In this document: piece by piece, positions 1 through 13,400 of the stretch
How the letters are laid out: the number at the start of each line of letters is the position of its first letter
Position numbering within the stretch: position 1 is the first letter of the stretch
Translations under genes and position numbers: made by a program
NCBI GenBank assembly: GCA_965221165.1
Contig: CBDCRP010000003.1
Span: 864,001 to 928,000, forward strand
Length of the DNA stretch: 64,000 bases
Direction: 5' to 3'
Source of the DNA: a bacterium
GTDB lineage: Bacteria > UBA8248
The notes under the pieces: model-generated
What the model was told of the DNA's origin: nothing
The model's input: only the letters and a program-made list of their open reading frames with translations
The model's database searches: none

Positions 1-2837
<2,837 letters not shown>

Positions 2838-3002
2838 GTCTGCTCCTCGGGGGCGGTATCTAATGCGGGCCTGCTCTTTCTGGTTACTGCTTTTAGTGTA
2901 GCGCCTTCAGTTTACCGCTTTTGTCGTGCTCGTTGCATTTTATTTTGGTTTCGCAAGGGCGCATCCGGGATTTTTCGCTTTCTGCGGGGGTCTTCGCATG
3001 AA

Positions 3003-3368
3003 TCACCCGGCATACCCCAGAAGCTCGCTGATGTATCTGCCCGGCATCATGGCGAACCCGCCCGCGATGAGAGCGCCTATCATCGTGCCCGTCATGAACG
3101 CCGCATGCCTCCGCACATTTCCCCGCCGTATCGAGACCACCGCGACTATCATGCTGAAAATCGTCCATATCGTCAGCAAGTGAATCCAGCTGAATTCACC
3201 ATGGTTTAACTCTCGTATCCAAAAGGACGAGACCGTGACATAGGTCATCACGACGAGCCAGCACCAGCCGATGATGCGGTGCCTGCGCGTTCCCTTCGCA
3301 GAGGCCAGATTGACCATGCCGAGCCCGATCGCCAGCACCGCCAGAATGAGATGCGTCCATATCAGCAA
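3003..3368 (-). CDS. DUF2306-like small integral membrane protein
   Basis: Four hydrophobic segments; KGTRRHRIIGW, FSWIHLL, VRRHAAFM and MPGR motifs typical of DUF2306. TTG start at 3368 after GGAGGTG RBS. Confidence 0.8.
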   Translation of the reverse strand: MLIWTHLILAVLAIGLGMVNLASAKGTRRHRIIGWCWLVVMTYVTVSSFWIRELNHGEFSWIHLLTIWTIFSMIVAVVSIRRGNVRRHAAFMTGTMIGALIAGGFAMMPGRYISELLGYAG

Positions 3369-3529
3369 GGTTTCACCTCCCACAAACCATAGACAACCCG
3401 CGCCGCACACTCGATGCGGAAACGCCCCTTCCGCGCCGCCTCATGGCCATGAACGCTCGCCTCCATAAGAAGCGAACCCAGGAAAAAGAGCGGAACCACA
3501 GCGAGCGAGGTCTTCAATACGCGATACAT
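3362..3529 (-). CDS. Putative 55-aa secreted peptide (below the ORF-track cutoff)
   Basis: Manual translation MYRVLKTSLAVVPLFFLGSLLMEASVHGHEAARKGRFRIECAARVVYGLWEVKPC*. Signal-peptide-like N-terminus; its stop overlaps the TTG start of the next gene. Confidence 0.5.
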   Translation of the reverse strand: MYRVLKTSLAVVPLFFLGSLLMEASVHGHEAARKGRFRIECAARVVYGLWEVKPC

Positions 3530-3746
3530 TTCATGCAACCCCCAAAGAGAATTTCAGAAGCGATGTGAACCTCGAACAGCGGAAAATTTCACGGGCGCGA
3601 TGACGAGATAATTTCATGCAATCCATTGTTTCTAAAGCGTTAAAATCTACTCTCCTCGAATCGTTTATTCTTGTTTTTTATCCAAAAATGTCTAAAATTC
3701 AGGATAGCGTTCCTATCCCAAATACTCGATGAAAATTGGAGAAAAA

Positions 3747-4496
3747 ATGCGCAAATTTCTTCTCTTGATTATTATCGTCTTTTTGGCGGGATGTAAAACT
3801 TCATCCGACATGATTTCATCCGCCGGGTATTTCGACACGGGTGGCAGGACAACATATCAAGACAAAGACTGGAACGTTGAGTTTTATGAAAACTGTGATT
3901 TACCGGACTCCTCTTCGGTCCGATGGGTAACAGAAGGAAAAGAGACGTTCTTGCGCTTTAAACTGAAAAACAAACAGGTAGGAGGATGTAGTTCTGACGG
4001 AATACAAAGGCACGGCGCGCCATACTGGGAGCGGGCGGAAATAAAACAGGCGAGTACCTTGGCACAAGACGCAGACTATACTTTGACCTTCAAGGTTCGG
4101 TTCGTAAAGGGATTTTCCTACGAAAGAGAAGACTTTTTTCAAATGCATCAATCTGTTTCAGGTTGCAGAGTCGGCCCTCCTATGATGTTCAAATTTTCAA
4201 ATGAGCGTTTGACAGCTAAACGTTGGTATGAGCGCTTGAAAAGGAATGTCCACATCAATGAAGTCATCGGGAAATGGATAGACGTAAAGCTGGAGGTTAA
4301 TTTCACAGAATCACATTACAACCTGTATTTTAATGATGAAAAGCTCATAGACGAGGGAAATTTTAGTGTCACGTCATGCGGAGAGCCGCATTTCAAATTC
4401 GGAATCTACAGACCCGGCGACGAGGGGGCGACCGGCGAAAGAATCTCCGTATTGGATATCGACAAAATCAGATTGGTTAAGAAGAAGAAAAAGTAG
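3747..4496 (+). CDS. Polysaccharide lyase (heparin lyase I / Polysacc_lyase jelly-roll type) lipoprotein
   Basis: Lipobox MRKFLLLIIIVFLAG-C. ERAEI, FFQMHQ and PHFKFGIYR motifs typical of jelly-roll lyases. Clearly AT-rich versus flanks. Confidence 0.72.
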   Translation: MRKFLLLIIIVFLAGCKTSSDMISSAGYFDTGGRTTYQDKDWNVEFYENCDLPDSSSVRWVTEGKETFLRFKLKNKQVGGCSSDGIQRHGAPYWERAEIKQASTLAQDADYTLTFKVRFVKGFSYEREDFFQMHQSVSGCRVGPPMMFKFSNERLTAKRWYERLKRNVHINEVIGKWIDVKLEVNFTESHYNLYFNDEKLIDEGNFSVTSCGEPHFKFGIYRPGDEGATGERISVLDIDKIRLVKKKKK

Positions 4497-4532
4497 TTTT
4501 TTATTAACCTATTGACTTTTATTGCCTTCCGC

Positions 4533-6068
4533 TTACTCCCACTCGATCGTTCCCGGCGGCTTGGAGGAGACGTCGTACACCACGCGGTTCACGCCGCGCA
4601 CCTCGTTGATGATGCGCGATGAGGCCTCGGCCAGCAAATCCGGCGGAAGCCTGGCCCAGTCCGCCGTCATCCCGTCCTGGCTGGTGACGGCCCTGAGCGC
4701 GAGAGCGTTCTCATAGGTTCTCGCATCGCCCATCACGCCCACGGTATTCACGGGCAGCAACACGGCGAACGCCTGCCAGACCTTGTAGTAGTGATCGTGC
4801 TTGCGGAGCGTTTCGATGAAAATGGCGTCCGCTTCCTGTAAGGTTTTCACGCGCTTCTCCGTCACCTCGCCCAAAACGCGCACGGCGAGGCCGGGTCCGG
4901 GGAACGGATGCCGCCAGAGCATCTCGCGGGGCAGTCCCAGTTCCTCTCCCGCCTCGCGCACTTCGTCCTTGAACAACTCGCGCAGGGGTTCGATGAGCGC
5001 GAGCCGCATCCACTTGGGCAGTCCTCCCACGTTGTGGTGGCTTTTTATCGTCGCCGAAGGCCCCTTGAACGAAACGCTTTCGATGACGTCGGGGTAGAGC
5101 GTTCCCTGGGCCAGGAATTTCACGTCGCCCAGCTTCTTCGCCTCGCGCTCGAACACGCGGATGAAGATCTCGCCGATTCTCTTTCTCTTGGCTTCCGGGT
5201 GCGTGACGCCGCGCAGCGTGCTCAGGAATTCCCCGCTCGCGTCCACGTGGATGAGGTTCAACCTTTCGCCGAAGGTCGACACCACGCTTTCGGCCTCGTT
5301 TTTTCTGAGCAGGCCGTTGTCCACGAAGATGCAGGTGAGCCGCTCGCCTATCGCCTCCTTGACGAGCATCGCCGTGACGGAGGAATCCACGCCGCCCGAG
5401 AGGCCGCACACCACGCGCTTCGGCCCCACCTGCTCCCTGATGCGCTCGACCGCCTCCTCGATGAAGGAGCGCATCGTCCAGTCGCTCGCGCATCCGCAAA
5501 TCCTGCGCACGAAATTGTAGAGAATCTCCTTGCCCCGCGGGGTGTGCGCCACTTCCGGGTGAAACTGTATGCCGTAGCGCCGTCCATCGTCGGACATCAT
5601 CGCCGCCACGGGCGACCCCTCCGAGCGCGCGAGCGACCTGTAGCCGGGCGGCGGCGCTTCTATCGTGTCTCCATGACTCATCCAGACGGTCTCGTCGCCA
5701 GAGGAGCCGAGAAAAATACCGACGGACTCCTCAACCTCCACCTGCGCGCGTCCGAATTCCCTTTTGGGATAAGGGCCGACCTTTCCGCCGAGAAGGTGGG
5801 TCATGAGCTGCATGCCGTAGCAAATCCCCAAAATGGGGAATTCGCCCTCGAACAGCGCAGGGTCGACCGAGGGAGAGCCGTTCTCGTACACGCTGTTCGG
5901 CCCGCCCGAGAGGATGACGCCTTTCGTGTGCGGGCCCGTTATCTCGCGCCAATCCCGGGTGCATGGTTGAATCTCGCAATACACGTTCAACTCCCGAACG
6001 CGCCGGGCGATGAGTTGCGTATACTGCGAGCCGAAATCGAGAATGAGTATCTGGTCGCGCATCGTCAT
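4533..6068 (-). CDS. guaA: GMP synthase (glutamine-hydrolyzing)
   Basis: [46 protein letters not shown]-terminal KPPGTIEWE. Confidence 0.99.
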   Translation of the reverse strand: MTMRDQILILDFGSQYTQLIARRVRELNVYCEIQPCTRDWREITGPHTKGVILSGGPNSVYENGSPSVDPALFEGEFPILGICYGMQLMTHLLGGKVGPYPKREFGRAQVEVEESVGIFLGSSGDETVWMSHGDTIEAPPPGYRSLARSEGSPVAAMMSDDGRRYGIQFHPEVAHTPRGKEILYNFVRRICGCASDWTMRSFIEEAVERIREQVGPKRVVCGLSGGVDSSVTAMLVKEAIGERLTCIFVDNGLLRKNEAESVVSTFGERLNLIHVDASGEFLSTLRGVTHPEAKRKRIGEIFIRVFEREAKKLGDVKFLAQGTLYPDVIESVSFKGPSATIKSHHNVGGLPKWMRLALIEPLRELFKDEVREAGEELGLPREMLWRHPFPGPGLAVRVLGEVTEKRVKTLQEADAIFIETLRKHDHYYKVWQAFAVLLPVNTVGVMGDARTYENALALRAVTSQDGMTADWARLPPDLLAEASSRIINEVRGVNRVVYDVSSKPPGTIEWE

Positions 6069-6297
6069 CTTCGGATAGAGCAGAACGAACCGCCTATCCT
6101 CCCTCCACTTTCAAGCCCGTTCGAAGTCGGGCCATCGGCCAGCATCCCCGCGCGGGTGCGTATGAACCGGAAAACCCGTCATCCGGCCACCCTGCGCGTT
6201 CGTCTTTTTAGGCGATGGGCGAAGCACTCATGCGCTCATCTGCGCGCGCACCCGCACCGACTCTAACGGGCATCGCCCTGGATATACCCTCTATCAA

Positions 6298-7994
<1,697 letters not shown>

Positions 7995-8094
7995 CAAAAG
8001 CCCTCCTTGATAGCCCTCCTATTTCTTGCCGCGCCATTGTGTTGCGCGCGCGCGCGGGTGTCAAGAGCCTCCCCGGTTTCGCGCGAGAATCGGC

Positions 8095-10017
8095 TCAACT
8101 TCGCAGAAAGCGCCTTCGCACGAGGCCTGCGCCCATCACCAGCATGACGGGCCGCCCGTGCGGGCAGGTCCATCTGCCCGGTGTTTTCTCGAGTTCCTCG
8201 ACGAGGGAGGCCACTTCTTCGGGGCGCATGGCCTGCGCCGCTTTCACGGCGCCCCGGCAACTCATTCTCGCGATGATGCCGTCGATCAGATCGGCGAAGC
8301 TCACGGGCTGCTCCAGATCCGCCAGACCCTCTACAATCTGGCGCACCGCTCCGGCAGGATTCCTGTCCGCCAAAAGCGCGGGCACGGCCCGAATCCGGTA
8401 TTCCCCGGGACCCGCGCACTCGAGTTCGAACCCCGAGCGCAGCAGATCTTCACGATGCGCCTCGAGGCCGAGCGCCTCTTCGGGCCTCAGGCGAATCTCC
8501 TCCGGCACCAGACACGCCTGGCTATCCACGCGCCCATCCTTGAACTGATCGCGAAACCGGTTGTAGAGCACCCGCTCGTGCGCGGCGTGCTGATCGACGA
8601 GCACAAGCCCCTGCCGAGAGCCGAACAACAAAAAGCACTCCTCCCATTGACCAAGATAGCGGCACTCGGAGAGGACCACGGGATCGGCCGGATGGGGCGG
8701 CTCGAGGGTGCGCTCGAGCGGCGAGGGCGCGGGGGATTCTGGCGGGGAGGCCGGAAGCCCAGGCGGCTCGGGGTCCACCGGCCCGGCGTCGGGTGTGGGC
8801 CGCGAGGCGTCGAGTGTAGACCGCCCGGCGTCGGGCGGTCTCTCGGCACAGACGCCATAATCTCCAGTGGCTCCATAATCGCCAAAGTACCCGCCGCCGC
8901 CCAACAAAGAGGGAGCCGGCGGTCGGGTGGGGAGCGACGCGTCGGTCCCCTCGGCAAGACTGCCCGGCGCCGCGCGGCCTACGTCCTGGTGGGCGAAATC
9001 CCGCCGTACTCTTTGGGGCCGCGCGCCCAAAACGGCGGCGACGCTCTCGCGCACCAGATCGTAGACGCTCGATGCGAAGCGGAAGCGCACTTCCTGCTTG
9101 GCGGGATGGGCGTTCACGTCCACGTCCTCGGGCGGCATCTCCAGAAAAAGGATGAAGACGGGGTGGCGCTTCACCGGCATGAAGCTGCGGTAGGCCGCAT
9201 ACGCCGCATGGACGAAAAGACGATCCCGGATGGGGCGTCCGTTCACGAAGAGATACTGCGCGTCGCGGGTGGAGCGGTTCAGGCCGGGCGCGCCCGCCCA
9301 GCCGCCGAACATCATGTTTTCGGATGAGGCGCGCGGAATCTTCAGCAGATGCGAGGCCGCCGCCTCACCCACGAGTTCCACAGCGCGCGCCAGAGCTCCC
9401 CCTGAGCCGTCCAGATCGAGCAGCGTTCTCCTGCCGTGGCGCAGGGTGAACGCGACGTTCGGGTTCGCCATGGCCGCCTGGTTCGCCACCTCCAGGCAGC
9501 GGGTGAGTTCGGTTTCTTTTCTTTTCAGGAATTTACGCCTCGCGGGCACGTTATAGAACAACGAGCGCACATCGACCCTGGTGCCGGGCGCGGCGCCCAT
9601 CTCCGTGACGCGCTGAAGCTTCCCGCCCTCCACGCGCACCTCCGTGCCCAGGGCATCCCCCGGCCTTCTGGTGGTAATGGTCATTTTCGAGACCGAGGCG
9701 ATACTCGGCAGCGCCTCCCCCCGGAAGCCCAGGGTGGCCACGCGACCCAGATCCCAATCCGTCGCTATCTTGCTCGTCGCGTGCCGCTCGAGACACAAGA
9801 GCGCGTCGTCCTCGCTCATGCCGTGCCCGTCGTCGACCACCTGAACACGCGCGGAGCCGCCCGATTCCAGGTCGATTTCCACCCGCTCGGCGCCTGCGTC
9901 GATACTGTTTTCCACCAACTCCTTGAGGACGGAGGCAGGGCGCTGCACCACTTCGCCCGCGGCGATCTGGTTCGCGAGCGATTCGGGCAGTATGCGTATG
10001 CGTGATACTTGTTTCAT
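8095..10017 (-). CDS. mutL: DNA mismatch repair endonuclease MutL
   Basis: NQIAAGEVVQRPASVLKELVENSIDA, GFRGEAL, endonuclease motif DQHAAHER, CPHGRP. Confidence 0.99.
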   Translation of the reverse strand: MKQVSRIRILPESLANQIAAGEVVQRPASVLKELVENSIDAGAERVEIDLESGGSARVQVVDDGHGMSEDDALLCLERHATSKIATDWDLGRVATLGFRGEALPSIASVSKMTITTRRPGDALGTEVRVEGGKLQRVTEMGAAPGTRVDVRSLFYNVPARRKFLKRKETELTRCLEVANQAAMANPNVAFTLRHGRRTLLDLDGSGGALARAVELVGEAAASHLLKIPRASSENMMFGGWAGAPGLNRSTRDAQYLFVNGRPIRDRLFVHAAYAAYRSFMPVKRHPVFILFLEMPPEDVDVNAHPAKQEVRFRFASSVYDLVRESVAAVLGARPQRVRRDFAHQDVGRAAPGSLAEGTDASLPTRPPAPSLLGGGGYFGDYGATGDYGVCAERPPDAGRSTLDASRPTPDAGPVDPEPPGLPASPPESPAPSPLERTLEPPHPADPVVLSECRYLGQWEECFLLFGSRQGLVLVDQHAAHERVLYNRFRDQFKDGRVDSQACLVPEEIRLRPEEALGLEAHREDLLRSGFELECAGPGEYRIRAVPALLADRNPAGAVRQIVEGLADLEQPVSFADLIDGIIARMSCRGAVKAAQAMRPEEVASLVEELEKTPGRWTCPHGRPVMLVMGAGLVRRRFLRS

Positions 10018-10082
10018 AAGGGATTCCTCGTGTTTCCTGACAAATCAACTTCTCTCATTTCAAGAGAGATGTCAAGCACAAA

Positions 10083-10130
10083 CCACAATATTTTGTGTCT
10101 ACAGGAATTTAGTTACGCCATATGATGGGA
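10083..10130. promoter_or_regulatory. NrdR-box-like tandem operator
   Basis: ccacaatattttgtgt (10083-10098) matches the NrdR consensus acaCwAtATaTwGtgt at 14/16; a degenerate copy starts 32 bp downstream (10115). Confidence 0.5.
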
Positions 10131-10459
10131 TATTTGCCCGTTGCGGCGTTTTTGAGGCGTCCATGTGGATTTTGATTGCCCCGGTGTGCATTTTATGCCA
10201 TAGTTAGTGTCCCCAAGGTAGTAGATCGCCCATCATATAGTATCTGCACATAAAATCTGCAAAACCAAACACCCGACCTACAAATCAAAGTACGCACCTA
10301 TCGCCCGAGTAGTCTGCGGCTGCACCGCCAAAGCGAGCTTGCTCGTCTGGCGGCTTGAGCCTCGCGCCACCTGATAAAGGGGAGGTGGTGTGAACACGCG
10401 CGCGGTGAACAGGCAACCCGGGAACGAATCGAGCAATCAGGCGAAGGAGAGCCTGAAAA

Positions 10460-13400
10460 TTGAAAAGTCAGATGATGATAGTAAGGAAAACGGGTGGAGC
10501 AGTTCCCCGCATTCGCCTTGTGCGGGCCACATCACGTCCGCGAAAGCGCCTCCGCGCGTTCGCCTCTTGCATCCTCGTGCTCTCGCTCTTCATCTATGCT
10601 TTCTACGCCATAAACTCCACGGCGCAGACAACGGAAATCTGGTCAAGGCAGATGACGGTGGGAGCCGAGGGAGGCAGGGGGTTATATGGATTTTCCGGCT
10701 CCAATTTTAATTTTACCGACCCCACCAAAGGCTACGGCAGTCTCGGAAACTTCAACGCCGAAACCAGCGAAGCCGGCGGCTACGGAGAGCGCAATTTTTA
10801 CATCGGCCCTAAATCCTTCTACATCGAATACATCAGGTGGACCAGCTACTGCCTGTATTTCGGCCTCAACCGGCAATTGCCGGATGACAACTACGGCGAT
10901 GGCAGCGCGACGCCTATAGACGCCGCGAGCACCAGCAACCTGATTCTCCGCATCGGCGGGCGGGATTTCCATTTGGGCAACGCGAGGGCCGGCGCACCCT
11001 CGTTCTATGAATGGCCAGGCCCCCCCAACCTTCCTCTGAGCGCGGGCGGTTCGTTCACCGCCAGCCTCAGAACGGGCGAGGCTTTGAACCTGGACAGGAT
11101 CGATACCAGCATGTGCCGCAGCAACGGCAACGGCGGCAACCCGGACAACGGAACTCCACGGGTGGTGAGTCTGGAGTTGGTTCCCGATCCGATTTCGGAG
11201 AATGGCGGGTTCAGCACGGTGCGGGCGAGCGTCTCGCCGGCGTCCGCGACGCCGTTCACGGTGACGATCTCCGCGCAAGCGGTATCGCCTGCTACTTCGG
11301 GTGATTTCACCCTGAGCGGAAACACCACCCTGAATTTCGCGGCGGGAGCGACCCAGAGTTCGGGGACGGTGACGATCGCGGCGATGAACAACAACATGGA
11401 CGCGCCGAACAAGAGCGTACGGGTCTCGGGGAGCGTGAGCGGCGGGACGAACGTGACGGCCCCTGAAGACGTGTTCCTCACGATCACCGACGATGATGGC
11501 TCGCCGACGGGTCTCGCGCTCTCGGTGTCTCCGGATTCGGTGGCCGAGAACGGAGGATCGAGAACTCTTAGCGTGACGGCGACGCTGACCGGCGGGGCCG
11601 CACGGTCCGTGGCCACGGAGGTGACGCTGAGCGCCCTCGATGGGACCGCTACGAGCGCCGATTTCTCGGCCGGCACGGCGACGCTGGAAATTCCAGCGAA
11701 CAATCTCAGCGGAACGGGCACGCTGGCGCTGACGCCGACAAACGATCAGGTGGCCGAGGGCCCAGAGACGCTCACGATAAGAGGGACGGCGACGGGCCTC
11801 ACGCCCGGCGAGGCGACTATCACCATCACCGATGATGATGCGGCAACGCTCTCCGTGGGACCTGCAACGGTGAACGAGGGCGAGGCGGCGCACTTTACGG
11901 TGACGCTCTCGCGCGAGGCGGCGGCGGACGTGCAACTCAACTGGACGACGGAGGACGGGACGGCCACGGCGGGCTCGGACTACAGGGCAGCCTCGGGGCC
12001 GCTCACCATCTCCGCCGGGCAGACGAGCGCGACGATAAGCGTGACGACGCTGGAGGACTTTGTAACTGAAGAGACGGAGGCCTTCACGGTGCGTATCACC
12101 GCGCCGAATCTACCGCCCGGGGTGAGCCTCGGGACGGAGAGCGCGACGGGGACGATCAACGACGACGAGGCCGCGCCGGTGGTGAGCCTGATCCTGGGCC
12201 CGGATTCAATTTCAGAAAACGGCGGCGTCAGCGCGGTGCGGGCGAGCGTCTCGCCGGCGTCCGCGACGCCGTTCACGGTGACGGTCTCCGCGCAAGCGGT
12301 ATCGCCTGCTACTTCGGGTGATTTCACCCTGAGCGGAAACACCACCCTGAATTTCGCGGCGGGAGCGACCCAGAGCACGGGAACGGTGATGATTCGGGCC
12401 GAGAACAACAACATGGACGCGCCGGACAAGAGTGTAGTGGTCTCGGGGAGCGTGAGCGGCGGGACGAGGGTGACGGTCCCTGCCGACGTGACCTTGGCCA
12501 TCACTGACGATGAAGGCTCGCCGACGGGGTTGACGCTCTCCGTGTCTCCGGATTCGGTGGCCGAGGGGGCGGGGTCGACGACCCTGAACGTGACGGCGAC
12601 GCTGACCGGCGGGGCCGCGCGGTCCGTGGCCACGGAGGTGACGCTGAGCGCCCTCGATGGGACCGCTACGAGCGCCGATTTCTCGGCCGGCACGGCGACG
12701 CTGGAAATTCCGGCGAACAATCTCAGCGGAACGGGCACGCTGGCGCTGACGCCGACGGATGACGCGATTGCCGAAAGCCCCGAAACGCTCACGATAAGAG
12801 GGACGGCGACGGGCCTCAGTGACGGCGAGGCGAGCATCACCATCACCGACAACGACACCCCGCCCGACGCACCCTTGAACCTCTCGGCCAGAGCGGGGGG
12901 GTCGTCGCGAATCGACCTCTCCTGGACTGCTCCAGAAGACAATGGCAGCCCCATCACCGGCTACAAGATCGAGGTTTCCGAGGATGAGGGATCGAACTGG
13001 GCTGATCTGGAGGCCGACACCAGTTCCCCCGCCGCGAGCTATGCCCACACCGGGCTTGCTCCCAACACCACGCGGCACTACCGCGTCTCGGCGATCAACG
13101 CCGCCGGCCCGGGCCAGGCATCGAACGTTGCGAACGCCACCACGCAAAGCGGGAACGGCGAGGACGACGGCGACGGCGGAAACAATGGCGGAAACATTGA
13201 AGGAGAAACTCCTCTTACGCCGATAACGCCGCCGCAGCTGCTTGACGTGACGGTGGACGGAAACAAGGTGGTGCTTACTTATAACGAGCCCCTGGACGAG
13301 GGGTCCGTGCCGGACCCGGGCGACTTCATGCTGAGTACGGGAGACGTCGAATCGGTCGACGTCAGTGGCCCACGAGTTACGCTGACCCTGGAATCGCCGA

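Noticed and set aside
2840-4545. Direct repeat of the guaA 3' end delimiting an island
   Set aside because: No convincing second copy found between dnaE and guaA and no integrase, so not called a mobile element.
10390-10710. 106-aa ORF with a strong GGAGG SD
   Set aside because: Overlaps the adhesin signal-peptide region out of frame and has no protein-like features; noted only as part of the leader.
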